This document shows positions 23,086 through 36,165 of a DNA stretch of 64,000 nucleotides, one piece after another. The notes beneath the pieces were generated by a model. The model did no database searches. It had not been told where the DNA came from and worked only from the letters and a program-made list of their open reading frames with translations. The DNA is taken from contig CAJINV010000001.1 of assembly GCA_905178155.1 (NCBI GenBank), positions 9,135,865 through 9,199,864 on the forward strand, written 5' to 3'. Position 1 is the stretch's first letter. Every line of letters starts with the position of its first letter. The position numbers were made by a program, and so were the translations under genes. Origin of the DNA: Amoebophrya sp. A120. Its lineage: Eukaryota; Protista; Dinoflagellata.

Positions 23086-25662
23086 TTCCCGCCGTCGATG
23101 CGGCCTCTTACTTTTCTACGCGCCCTAGTGTCAGGTCCGTTCGACAAGGAATGTTGCATCACAAAGCCGCACATTACGACCCGGCCGGGCTCAGAATTCC
23201 TCGGGGTTCGCTCACGGGCGTGCTGGGACACGGCAGAGCCGCTCTTGGATCGCGCCGGGTCTCATACCCCCAAAGCACTCTGTGCCACCTTCCCGTCTCG
23301 CTCCTCCCTCTCCCTATCTCTCTCTCAATGTTTTTTCTAGACGCTCTGGCGTCGCTCAGAAAAAGGAAAAAGATATAACGGCCGAGAATAATCGGTTATC
23401 TAGGAGCACCGCCGACTCCCGCCACGGTCTCTCGGCTCTCTCCCGGGCGCGTACTCACCTGCCGACGCGTGGCGTGAACAGAACAAGCCCGCGCCGTTCA
23501 AAAAGCGGCGACCCGACCGCCCGCGCGCCGATGCGTACGGGCACCGAAGTGGGGTTTACCACGCACAACGATGCGTGGGTCAAGTTGGCGCACAAGTCCA
23601 GGCCCGCGGTAGTTCGGGGGCGCGGGCGCGTGCAGAAAAACACGGCGCGAGGGGAAAAAGAACATCGCGCGGGCATGCTCCGGCTCGCTAGTCCGGACTC
23701 CCGACGGCGGGGCAGGGGGCAGGCTAGGAAGCCACACGCCCGAGACGGCCGGTCCCGCACCAGCAGTGAAGCCACACGCTCGCGGCCGCTGCGGGGCCCA
23801 GCGAGTCACTTACAAGCGCCCTGGAATTGGGGTGCGGGATGGCGCATAAGGACTTAGGAAAGACGAGGAGGCAAACTCCATGATACGCCCGCGATTGGAA
23901 GCCTACTTCCATAGCCTAGTCGCGGGAAGAGAGGGGTCGACGGGGGCTGCGCCAGCGATCTTGAGGGCCCAGGGGGGTCCGGTGGCCCAATGGAGGTGGG
24001 TGTCTGATCAAGAGGAGGGGGTCACTTTGTAAAATCTTAAAAATGTCAATAGTGAAGATCTTCAAAAGAAATTACAGCTCTCTAAGTGTGTGGAATGTGT
24101 TTTATTTCCAGCACATAGCTGACACAGATGAAATTGGATGCAAAAAGAAGCAAAATCCACAGGCTTTCAATAAAACTTGTAATTTTCAAAAGTCTGAAAA
24201 TTGTGCCTTTTTTAGTGACGTTTAAAACAGTGCGCAAAATCTAGAATTGCACATGCATAACATTGCATAAAATATAAGAAACAGTTCATATTATAGTACA
24301 AATTGAATCACTTTAACCAGAATTCTGAAAATTTTTCGAAAAAATTGCCAGCGTGAAACACTTCTGCAATTGCTTAAATATGATACAGATAAGCACTACC
24401 CGGCCAACTATTGTGCATAAACTACCCAATTATATCCGCGCTTATGGAATTTATGGAAAATTTTTAGCGTTATTCTTTTAGCATTTTTCCAAGATTTTTG
24501 CACAGTGTGAAATAGGCTGGAGCTTCTTCAACTTATGGCAATAAATAAAGCAAATTAGTAAAGTTATAAGATGATACGTATGAACAGATGAAATATTATA
24601 AAACAGATTTGATTGTTTGAAGAATCCTAAAATTTTTTTATTTTTAAAAATTTTTCAAAGTTGGAAGCTTCGAACTATTTTCCATGAGATAAAATGCAAA
24701 AATTATAAGTGAGTGTCACATTTGCATTTTCTATGCGTGTGGATGTTGTTTTAATGTGAGTTTCTGCATTATTTAAGGAGCACTCAAATTCTTCACTTTT
24801 CCATTTCTGGAATTTTGTCCGTTTGGGGTGAATTTCCAAAAACCTGGGCTCCATGAGAGCTTCACCGAGTGCAAAAGGCTTGACATTTGTATTTTTATGG
24901 ATACTGTGAATATTATACTATAGATCTTTGTACCATGTTGGTGCGTTTTCGATTTTCGTGCTCCTAGATGTGTACTAAAAGTCCCTGGGGACCCCCCCCC
25001 CCGCGGGGCTGGAGAGTGCAAAGCAAAGTATCACACTGGGGGCAGACGGTCGAATTGCGCCACCATTAGGCCCCTTATCCAGTCCGTCTTCCAGCGGCTT
25101 TGTCTTCCTTCAGAGACTCCGTGCGAGGAGGCAGCTGTAGGCATACCGAACCGGCGGGAAGGCTGCGCTGGTGCTCCGTGCGCTTCCTCTACCCGGGGGG
25201 GGGTGGGGGGGGGGTAGCGCTGTGCCGGGTGCACAGAAAAAGTCCGGCCCGCCTCCCCTACGTGCCATCTCCCCGAAAGCGCACCAACAGGCAATGGAGT
25301 CCATGCCCGCCTAAGAACGCGGGCGCGCACGATCGGTTTAGCTTGCGGCTGCCGCGCTCGCACTTCCGCACCCGGAGCGCGCACGGTTTAGTTGGCCCGC
25401 GGGGAGCATATGCGGGGGCTGCGCGCTACCGAGCATTCGCTTTCCCGCAAGTTTATTGGCATTCACGGCTCGCAGCTGAAATTGCTAGCACTGTGTTCGC
25501 GTCCGGAGGTCGCTCATGAAAACACATCGGTCGGCTGAGCCGATCCGGCGCACCTTGCACTGCCCGAAGTGTACAACGAGTGTGACGTAGCTTGCCCGAC
25601 CCGCATGCAAAGGACCACAGCCGCCGCCGATGCGCTTGAACTCATTTGCAACACAATAAAAG
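23086..25662. promoter_or_regulatory. Divergent strand-switch region: GC-rich flanks around an AT-rich core (~24030-24980)
   Basis: All credible genes to the left are minus strand and all to the right are plus strand. Abrupt compositional change; G/C runs at ~23970, ~24990 and ~25195-25214. Confidence 0.6.
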
Positions 25663-28600
25663 ATGCAGCCTAGCTGGAGCGAATACCTGTACGCGACCGG
25701 CGCCCTTGCCCCCGGGGACGAGGCCGTGGAGCGGATAAAGCAGCACTACCTGTCCGCGTCGGCGGGGCCCGAGCCTCCAGGGCAGCCCGACCCGGAATCG
25801 CCGCGGTCCCGACGGGCCGACGATAACCTGCAAAATGCATCGGACGCTAGCTTCGTCACGAACTACTTCCCCTACGACGCGGACAAAATCACCCCAACCG
25901 CCGCGCCCTTTCGCGGCGGTGGAAGCCTGCAGTTCGGAGGGGCCGTCAGCAGCACAAGTGCGTTCGTTCGGTCTTCCCGGGCCGCGTCGGATCTCGATCC
26001 GCGGTCCAGCCGCTTGCTCAGCCGGTCGCTTTACTACGGCGAAAACAGTGCCGCCGTGGGCGCAGCTTCTTCGTCGCACCCCCCGCACCACCCCCTTAGC
26101 AAGTCGACCAGCGAGCAAGAGCAGCAAAACAACCTCCACCCCGTGTTGGACAAGACGCGAAACTTCTTGCAACACCAGGAGGAGCTGCGCGCGTCCCGGG
26201 ACCTCTTTTTCGAAAAAGAGATTGGGCGTTTGGAGAGCGTCGCAGAGGCGGAGAAGGCCAAGGTAGAGGCTTTGGAGCGGGACCTCGAGGAGTTGAGAAC
26301 GGCGAAAGAAAAAGCCGAGAAGCTCCTGCAGCAAAAGGAAGCGGAGACGAAGGGGCACGTGCACAGTAAGTACCTGGTGTGGCAGCAGCAGCAGCAAGAC
26401 GCGGGGGTTTCGGAGCGCAGGCTAACCATGGTGGAAAAGGAGAAACAGGATCTGATTCACGAGGTGAACAAGCTGCGCGACGAGCGCCTGCGCGTCAACG
26501 AGGAAGTGACGCTGTTGAAGACGCGGGGCATCGAGCACGAGCGCCGGCTCCAGGAAACAAAGGCGAACTACGATTCGCAGCTGCAGAAAAAGCAGCAGGA
26601 CCTCGACTCTCTGCAGGCGCGCCTGCAGCGCGAGCTCGGGCGCGCGCGGGAGGAGCACTCCTTAGCCGAGTCTAAGATCGCCCGGGAAGCGGACATAAAA
26701 CAGCGGGACGGACAGCAAAAAATCGACTCGCTTGAGGAGAGAGTCGGGTATCTGCAGCACGAAATGCAAAAAGCGGCAGAGGTAATTGGTAGTCTGATAT
26801 AGCACTTGTCTTGCTGTTCCCCATTGTTGTGCCCTATTGATCAGTTTGTTCTATGAGCCACCGGCTTTCTAAAGATCCAACTTGCTCTATCTGAACCGAA
26901 CCTCTATCTAACTATCATCAGGGCCATGCGGTAGATGCTCGGCGCGTGCGCGACGTGGTGGAGGAAGAACGAAAACTGACCGCGAGCCAGCGCAAAGAAC
27001 ACGAGGACCACGTGAAAGCGCTGCAGAAAGCGCATACTCTGGAGCTGGATATCAAATGCAAAAATGTCTGGGTCTGGAAGAATGCAACTTGTCATGCTAA
27101 ATCTGGAATCCAAAAAAATCTGTATTGCAACATGAGCAGCAAAGGGAGTGCAATCTTTCCTACGCGGAGGGGGCATTTGTCATGCGGAATAGGCATCAAG
27201 AAGCCTTCAAAAAATCTGTGATGCTAGGGCATGCATCACAGACATCAGGGCTCAGGCACGACGTGCATGACAAATCTCAGAATCATCCAGACCCAGACAC
27301 TTTTGCATTTGATACTGGAAGAGCTGAAACAACAGCAGCGAAAACACGCCACTGAATTGGAAGAGCAAATGGCACAGAGCAAAATCGACTACGACAAGGA
27401 CACGGCACAGACGAAGGACAAGCTTCATGTGTGTGAAACCGAGCTGGAGGCAGTCAAAGGTGGCTTATGTTCGATGTGATTTTTCGAGAAGTAGGTCGTC
27501 TGGCATGTGATGACGAGTCCTCATGAATATAAATTTTTTGGCACCTCCACCTCCCGTCGACGTCACGCGCCGCGTAGTGAACAACACTTTATTCGGTCTG
27601 TCATTTCTTTCGCCAAAATCAAACAGGCAAGCTTTCCGAGCGTGAAAACGAACTAGCCTCCACTTCCGAGTCCCTTGCCAGCGTGCGCAACGAGCTTGAG
27701 GATTTTCGGGGTTCGAAGCGCCGCCTCGAAGCGGTAAAGCAAGAATTCGAAGAGAAGAAGAAGGAGCTACAGAGGGTCCGGGGTTTGCTGAAAGAACAGC
27801 AGGAGCAGCAGCTCGAGCAGAAACGCAAGTACCTGGAAGAGGTTGACGCGCTGCGCGAATTCGCGAACAAGCACGCCCGCAGCCTGCGCAACGACGCGGA
27901 CCGGTATAAGGTGCAGGTGGACCAGGAACAGAAGGACCGGGCCGAAGAGCGGGAGGCCATGGGCCGCTCGCACGAGGTGCACCTGCGGAAGATTAGAGAG
28001 AAGCACGAGAAGAGGATCGCGGAAATGGAGCAGGAACACCTAGCGCAGCTCACCACCGCCGGCCAGCGGTACGACCGCCTCGCGCAGGAGAAAGAAGCGG
28101 AGTACGAAATGCGGATTCAACAGACCCTGGAACGACACAAAGAAGCACTGGACGCACTCGAAGAGCGCGTGCGCGTCGCCAACACGCACGCCGACCAGCG
28201 CGCGGGCGTCGAGCTGCAGAAAAAGACCGTCGAGTTTGAGGCGGAGCGACACCGGCTGGAGCGAAAGCTAGTAGAGGCACAGCAGCGGGAAGCGGAGCAC
28301 GTGGAGCTGATGGAGAAGAATAGACAAACCTTCGAAAAACGCGTCCGGGAAGAAGCGGAAAGCGCCCGGAAGGTTGGTTAGCGTTTCTTTTCTGATTTCG
28401 GAAATCGACGGAGACTACATGCAAGTAGTCGAATTTACCAGGGGCGTGTAGCGATGGAGTTTCTTTACCGCACTTACGAGTGTGTTTTTGTTTTTTTTGT
28501 TCGGGTAAACAAAAAAAAAAAAAAAATTTTTTCTTGTCCACCGGACGACAAATTAAATTTTGCGACGTCCTATCGTCTACCTTTTGTAGCCTTCACGCAT

Positions 28601-29319
28601 AGCAGTAACTTTTGGAATTCTAACTGCGTATCTCCGGACTTTCTTGTATTTCACCTTGAAACGAAAATCTCACAGCGTGAAGAAGCTTTGCAGAAGGCGC
28701 GAGAAAAACTCAGCGACGAGAACGATGCTCTCCGAGAAGAAAAACAAAAACTTGCGATGCTTACCGCGGCGCATACGCGATTAGAGCAAGATAAGCACGA
28801 GCTGCTTTCGAAACTCGAGGCCAAGGACGCTGCCATTGTGCAACTAGAGGAAAAGGTATAGGTAGCAGCATTGGGAGCCCTTTGGTTTTTTACTTCGTGC
28901 TGTGCCGCAATATCGTCTTCTTCAGTACGCAGAGTTAGAAATCGAAATGCAATTTGTACGACTTGCAGGTGCAAACCGCCATGAACGTCTACGAAAGCAA
29001 GCTGCGCAGCGCGAACCAACAAAAGGATTTCGAGTGCAACAGTATACAGTCGTCTCTCCGCGCAGAGTTCGAAGCGAAAACTCGAGACCTGGAAGAACAG
29101 CTTGCGCGCGGCCGCGAAGAGCGAGCGGAGCTGGAGGCAGCGCTCGAGGTTCTAGCCCGACAGCACCACGACCTGGTCGCAGAAAAACGAAAGTTACAAC
29201 AGTACGCCGAGCAGTTGCGAAGAAAATTTGGCGAAGAAGCGGCGGAGGTACACAGGGATCTGGGCAATCTACGCGCGGAATTTCTTACTCTTGCCGGCGG
29301 GAGCAGCAGTTCTGACTGA
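25663..29319 (+). CDS. Long coiled-coil protein, multi-exon (25663-26781, 26922-27049, 27320-~27460, 27627-28372, 28676-28855, 28969-29319)
   Basis: E/K/Q/R heptad-rich ORFs joined by four GT-AG introns and one TIR element; removing the element restores HTLELEELKQQQ. Confidence 0.8.
27050..27314 (+). mobile_element. Introner/MITE family A, copy 2 (265 bp), non-canonical intron
   Basis: 29-bp TIR TATCAAATGCAAAA(A/G)TGTCTGGGTCTGGA (27050-27078 / 27286-27314). TSD CTGGA at 27045-27049 and 27315-27319. The interior is the diverged reverse complement of 8512-8777. Confidence 0.95.
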
Positions 29320-30058
29320 GCTTTGCAGAATCTTTCGAACGGCCTGGCAAGCAACAAGCAGGCTGTGCTGGCAAGAGTTTCATGGCTCATTACACATCTG
29401 ATTTTTTTTTAACTTGCTGCTTTTGTGCAGGATGCAGGACGACCTTTGTGTAGTTAGACCAAATGCAACTATGTTGAAGCGCAACCAAATGAAAAGATGT
29501 AGAATCGCACGCGGCTTGTAAAAAGTGGAATAATGATTTGTAGTTCAATCCTAAAGGGGTATGCGCCATAGCAACTCGGTCTTGGACCTCCTACGCAGCT
29601 TTCCAGGGTCGACGAATGGCAACTATTTCACCTTGACGCAAACGCAATCACGAAAAATCTAATTCAAGAAACTCAACACTGAATTGCTGCACGCAATCAC
29701 GAAAAAACTATTTCAATCTAAGCAATCGCAATCGCAAGAAGTCCGTGAATTCGAATTTACGCAATCACGATGCATTGGATTTGTAACCTTCCATGGAATG
29801 CAAATTGAAGAATCCGAGGCAGACAATTGATGCGCATCGCGAAGCGCGATCGCGAAACCGGCGGGCTAGCAAGGTCCCGCACAAGGCGCCTTTTTGCTTG
29901 GGGGATTGATTCTGCAGAAGCTCACACAAAGCCAATGTGTTCGGGCGATTTTTTTTTTTTTGGATTTTGTCAGTCTTGCCTTTGCCGGATTTTTTTGGAA
30001 CATACCGGACTTGGGTTCTCCTTGAGCGAGTGTTTTTTATTTGGTGTTTTCTATCAAG

Positions 30059-32663
30059 ATGGCTTATTCGGATAGCACTTCCAGTGAGGACGCCAGAGAC
30101 GACTCTCGAGCGAGGCGACGCGCAAAGTCGGGTGCGCGCGGTCGTTTTCAACGGTATTCGTCTGGGAATGACTCTCGGCGGGATCGCAGCGGGCGCAGAC
30201 AGTACGAGACACAGCAGGGGTGCCCGGACAAATCATCTCACAGAAGGCGCAACTGCTATGACAAAAGGGACTACCACCGGAACGGTACTCGGAGCCAGCG
30301 CAGGAGCCGGAACAGGAGCAATGCGCAGAAAGAGAACAAGGATAAGCCGAAAACGGAGAAGCCGATGCGGAGGTGGGAGCTGGAGGAGGAGGAGGAAGAA
30401 GTGCCAATCCGAAGCTCGAGCTCTGGACGAGACAAAGTCCGGACTTCACAAATTGTGACCGGACAGTCATCGAACCACGCATCAAATCGGGATCCGCAGG
30501 ACAAATTGGGGGGCCGGGAAGCGGCTCTATTGGATAAACCGCCTTGGTGGTTACAAACAAATGCAGGTATTATCAAGGTCAGCTAGCAGCAAATGTTTCC
30601 TCTATGCATTGAGAACACAGGAGCTAGTCCGCTCAGCTGTTGAGCGCATGCATCATAAGTAGGCAAGACGGCAAAACTTCGCTTCCTACCACGATTTATT
30701 TCGGGGCTCACTATTACAGGTAGCTGCGCGACTGCTGGTTCGCCAGCTGGACCTCCGGCGTCATCATCAACGGCCGCCCCGGTCTTGGAGGATCACATGG
30801 CTGAGCTGTGGAACCACGTACCCGAGATGCAAACACCGGGCGTTTTGCACTCGGGCAATGCAGCGCGGGCACTATACGTCCGGTTTCCCGCGGGATACCC
30901 CTACAGTAGGCCGTCGAGGGTCCACGAGAACGACCACAGAGTGGTAGAGGGGTGGCTCAGGATGCAGGTCGGAGCCAATGCGGTCAAGCAGTATATCTTG
31001 CGAGAGAAGGACGCCGTGGTAGTCTTCACTAGTGCAGCATGCAAGGCCGGCGTGTTGGCAGGCCAACTCAGTCGAACGGTCGCGCTCCCGGACCGTCGCG
31101 GGGATGCGCGGATCGTGCTGTACATAGAGAGTCGCGAAGCCAAGTCGCAGAGTTCTCGCACAGTCACGCCCGATGCCGTCAGCGAAAATTCTGCCGAGAA
31201 GCAGACCAGCGAATTTCCGACGCCAGCTCCGGCTACGGAGCAACAGGCTACAGGCGATGTAAGTGAGGGCAAGCGAGCAAAAACCTTTCCGATGCCACCG
31301 CCGCCCATGTCGCTGCCGCCAGACCAGTACGAAGGTCAAAGTACGCACGGCGCCCGGCAGAAAGTGCCTATCTTGAAAACAATATCGGTCGCTCCTGCAG
31401 TCGCACAAAGCCAGCGCGACAGAGTCCCTGGAGCGCCGGTCTCGAAAGCGGTGCCGCTGGAAAAGAAGACTGCGATGCAGCTTTCCACAGGTCCTCCAGG
31501 CAGCGGAGAGACACGGCATGATCAGGCCCAAAAAAACCGGCAGAAAGAAGATGGACTAGCTGCGCCACCCCCTACCGCGATTCTGAGCAAAGCTTTGTCC
31601 TCGCAGCATGACCCGAGAACAATACGAGGACTTGCCACTAGTCGCCCACCTAGATCAGCTTCGTTGCGACATCAGCTGGGAACGACGAGCGCAGCTGCCT
31701 CTAGTCGAGGCGCGGGTGTTGAATCCAAGCGCGTTACATTCGCCATGGCGGAAAAGCAAGCGCCAGAGGAAGGTGACAGCGAGAAAGCCCAGGGCTCCGT
31801 TCTTCCACGACAAAGCAGTACCCGGGCAGCTTCGAATCAAAATGAGTCCCCAGCACCCGAACAAAGTTCGGCCGCGAAAGCAAATCATGAGTCCGGGACA
31901 GCCGGTGGCAGTTTATCTGCAGCGCCGGCCGCGCAGCGCCGTTCTCGCAGCAGAGCAAAGGCCCTCTCGCCGAGAGGAAAAGGACCAGCGAGGCGCTCGC
32001 CATCGAAGGCGAAGCAGAGGCACGGCAAACGATCGCCAAGTAAAGTAAGGGAACGAGGTGGCCGTGCAAAACGTTCACCAAGTAAGATCAAAAAGCCAAG
32101 GCGGGAAATAGACGCGGGTATTTATGGGAGAAGTGTTGGTGTCTGCATAACAAGAAACCTCGACGCAGGGCATGTAGGTTGTGCAGTGCGTAAAGCAAAA
32201 CTTCAACCGTTGTTTTCCTTCGGGTTTATTAGTCATTGTTACTTCATCCAATTTGCCAGGTTCACAAGATCCAAAGTTGGCCACGGAAATTCTGGTGGAA
32301 AACACGATGGAGGATTTCTTTACTGACCGACTGGATAAGTTGCGGGAGCAGTGCGAAGCAGAGCATTGTCAGGTCGACAGGAAGGACACGCGCGAAGCGC
32401 TTTTAGCGAAATATCTGGGGAAAGTGCTGACCTCCGAAGAGCAGGCGTTGACTGCAATTAATTTCCTCTACTCGCACACGGGAACCCTAGCCCGAGAAGC
32501 AGCGGAGCACTGCCAGCAGATCAGCGCGCTCGTGAAATTGCCGAGAAGCGACAAGAACCTGGAAGCCTTGAAGGAACGCGCCCAGCTCCGGCGGGAGCTT
32601 GGGGGTAAGATCGACAAAACGAAACTCGTTGCGGATCTGCTGAAAGAGCAGGCTGACGAATGA
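30059..32663 (+). CDS. RRM-like/helical-tail family paralog A (RS/RD-rich exon 1; exons ~30059-30566, 30720-32117, 32260-32663)
   Basis: ALYVRFPAGY…DAVVVFTSAA RRM-like segment. C-terminal exon (REALLAKYL…LAREAAEHCQQ) matches paralog C. Phase-1 GT-AG introns. Confidence 0.65.
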
Positions 32664-33046
32664 AAAGTCGGAGGATCACTTGTACATCCTTGCTCTAGAC
32701 AGTTGGGCGATTTTGGTTTGTTTTGCTTCAAAGGATAAGGAAAGCTTGTTCGTTTTCGTAACGCTCGGGGGTTCCGCAGCCATTTTCATCGTGTTAGTCG
32801 AGTCTCTCTCACATACGAACGATAGGGACCTTGAGACATTTCTGCTTTTTGGGAAATGCGCCATAATTTGCGTTCTGTATTGACAAGCTACGCTGAGCTG
32901 TATATGTATTGTTTAAGTAGGTTCTGAGCCCTCATCAAAGCTCCTAGGAAAAAATGTTTTTAACTATTCTACTAAGTCGTTTTTGATATCCCAGCGAGCC
33001 AAAGCTGCTCTGCGTTTTTGCAATTCTCTATTGTGCAAGAAAAAAC

Positions 33047-35626
33047 ATGACTGGTGCTTCCGTTCTCGTTTTTGTTGATGTGCTTCCTGCGTACGTCCCG
33101 TGGTATGAAGAAGAAGAAGCGGCGGACAACAATTGGTGGCAGAATGATCACGACCAGGCCCAAGCCGCGATCGAAGGGCTGACACTCGGCGCGACACTGA
33201 GATACCAGCGGAGTGAGGACTATCCAGAGATTGCACGCTGCACGCTGAGGTCAGCGGAGGATCGAGACGCACTGATAAAAAGGCTAGAAAGAAGCGGCGT
33301 GCAGCTTCTGACTCACTTCTGCGCGTTCGCCCGGGTAATATCTAGCGAGGCCGAGGAGGTAAAGCAGCTTGATGCACTGACGGAGAGAAGGGACAACGCG
33401 CAGAAGGGCATTGCGGTGCTGGAAAAATCTTTTGGCGGCAACCTAGAAGAAGCGCAGGCAGCTTGCACAAAAGTCACGGAGGCCGATTTCGATAAAGTGG
33501 AGAAGGGGCTGGAAGCGTTTGGCGAAGCCTGTTCCGCTGCGGAGAACTTTGTCGGACCCGGCGATGAGAATGCTGGTGGTGCTGAAGTTGGAACTGCTGT
33601 GAAGTTTCACAGGAAGCTACGGACAATTTTCAATGAAATTCGCGAGCAGCACAAGAGACTGAGCGAAAAACTCAAGGCCCTCCGTCTTAAGTGGTCCGAA
33701 GCAGTGACGTCGCTCAAGCCATTAGGTATGATAGTCAGTTCGTGACTTTTATTTTCGAAAGACCGTCAGTACAATAACCTTTTCTCTTCTTGAGGTACAT
33801 GTGTACGTCACGCATCATGGTTACTAGACTCAAAATACCACATCGCAGTGCCGGCAGGTGACCCACGGGAGAAGGCAATCGAAAGAGGTCCCCCAGCAAG
33901 GCAATGTATCGAGATCGACGATGGCAACATCTCGAAAGATTTCCACAGGGCGGTATACCTACAGTATCCAGATAAGTACGGAGCCGGCGGCGCGGGTTTT
34001 TCCAAGTTCCAGCAGCAGAGGGACGACCGCTACGTGGCGAATGCATTGGAGGCAAATTTCGGCGCAGTGCTTTGGTTTGAGCGCGCAGCCCCGCAGTTCG
34101 AAAAACCACGGGACGCGGTGGCCGTGCTCTCGACTGCGGAGGCTGCGCGCGCTGCCGCGGCGGCCGAGCCGATTGCTTTGCCCTCGTCGGAGAATCAGGG
34201 CCCGGGCAGTGCGGGCGTCGTGAGAGTCGAGCTCTACACAGAAGTGCGGCGGACGCTGTTGGGCACAGTAAGCGAGACACGGAGTCCGGCGGTCGACGCG
34301 TCGCCTCCTCCTGCCAGCGCGACATCGGCGAGCGGAAGTAGCAACCACGGCCCGCAGAAGCAACGGCGCGAGGCACAGGCGCGCTCTCAACAAGACACCC
34401 CGGCGGGGGCATCTGCGTCACGTCAAGTTCCGCAGGAACAGCGGCCGACCCTGTTGCAGACTGCTCACGCTGACCTAACATCGGAGATTTTGCGTGCTGT
34501 CCCTGCTGGAACAAAGTCATCATCTTCGAGTAGCGAGAATAATCAACCCTACGAATCTGTACGGAACCGGTCCGAGAAACGCAGAGATGGCGGCACACAC
34601 AAATCCCATGTGCACGGCAAAGAGGAAAGCAGAGAAAGAGTACAAACAGCAAGTGGCTCTAGTACACAGAAGCCCTCGACACGTGAGTTCAACAATATGC
34701 ACTTGAACGAAAACACAATTGCTAGTAACGGTTTTGTAAACACCGGTGGGAGCGCATCTTCTTCCTTCTCCACTTCGAAACCTTCCCGATGTGACGAATC
34801 TACAACATTCCACCTCCACCCGCCGGCATCTGAAAAAGTTGCCAAGGCCAAAAGGAAGACGATAGCAGGAGAAAAAAATGAACAACCTGCAGCCGCGAGC
34901 AGTACAAAGAAAAATGTGACTTTGCCGCAGCAATCTGTTTCTGGAGCGAGGGAAGGAGACACTAAATCAAAAAAGCGACCAGAGGAAGAGGTCAACCCAG
35001 AACCCACAGCGAAGCGGCGAGCCCTTGATGAGCCTCAGCACGCCAAGCTCGGACAAAAAAGCTCGAGTAGCTCTGCCTCGGTCTCCGCGGTGCAAATTCT
35101 TGACGTGGCGCCGGCCCAACGAGAATCCGTGGGAAGCAAAGGAGGTAGTGACTGACTTCTTTTCGATCTCGTTTCGCGTTTTCCTTCAGGGGTATGATTT
35201 TGCTTCAACATCGCCCGAGTCTACTACTAATCTCCTGCAAAATCAAACGTCACAGGTAAGGAGCAAGTTTTGACGGAGTCGGAGAAGCGTGATATTGATG
35301 AAATCACAGCGCTGGACTTGGCCCAGGCAAAAGAGCTCTGCGGACAACGAAAGCTCGGGAACGTGCCGAGCGAGCGGTCGGCGCGGCTCGTGTGGCGTTT
35401 GTTGTCGCACTCCTTTCCAGGGGCGGCGAAGCAGCTACTGGTCTACGGGTACCTGGCAGAAGCGCAGCAGGCCGAACTGTCCGTCATCGCCGACCTCTGT
35501 CCGCAGTTTAGCCGCTACCCCTTGAAATCGGCGATGTACAAGGAGCAGACCCAAATGTTCAGGGGCAAGAGGAAGAAGGTCGACACTCTGACCGCTATCA
35601 TGGAACACTTGCTAGATGGTGTGTAA
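33047..35626 (+). CDS. RRM-like/helical-tail family paralog B (exons ~33047-33725, 33849-35144, 35256-35626)
   Basis: AVYLQYPDKY…LEANFGAV…DAVAVLSTAEAA. C-terminal exon DIDEI…YKEQ…KKVDTLTAIM matches paralog D. Confidence 0.65.
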
Positions 35627-36165
35627 AGATCGATCGAACTTCATGGGTTGGAGACTCCCGTCGATTCCATTTTCCAATCAACCCTTGTCAACATTCGCGC
35701 GCTGTGCGGCGTTCTTTTACGCAATTGAATTTTCAGCGCTTTTGGACCGTCTTTGCAGGCGCCTTCCCTCTATTCGCAACTCCTGCTGGTGCAATTGGTG
35801 TTGTTATCTTTTTCGGTGTTGTAGCGATCTCATTTGGTTACGCTTTTCACACCTGAGTTCCCGTGCAACGGCTTATATATCGTGGTTTTTGGATCCTGTT
35901 CTTTTTGTCCTCAGAGGATCTCCAACGTGATCTTTCCTCGGCAAGTAGTTTTTTTGGTCCTTTTGGCAATAGTTTGATTTGTGGATCGTCTCATTGTGAT
36001 TGTTCTGTGCGATCTTCTATGTGGATCTTCCCAGCCTAGTCAGGGCAGTATCGTTTTGGCGTGCGAGCTGTAATCGTTTTTTGAGGCTACCTGAATTTCC
36101 CCGCTTAGTTACAGTTGCCTCGTTATCGTTTCGGTCGAAGTGCATGACGTTTCTGTAGTTCGAAA

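Noticed and set aside
23960-25005. AT-rich core as a TIR transposon
   Set aside because: Only short GGGGGTC/GACCCCC complementarity; no convincing TIR or TSD found by eye.
30622-30690. tRNA-like string GCTCAGCTGTTGAGCG…TCATAA inside an intron
   Set aside because: No GTTCRA T-loop or acceptor stem, and the anticodon stem is mismatched. At most a degenerate relic.
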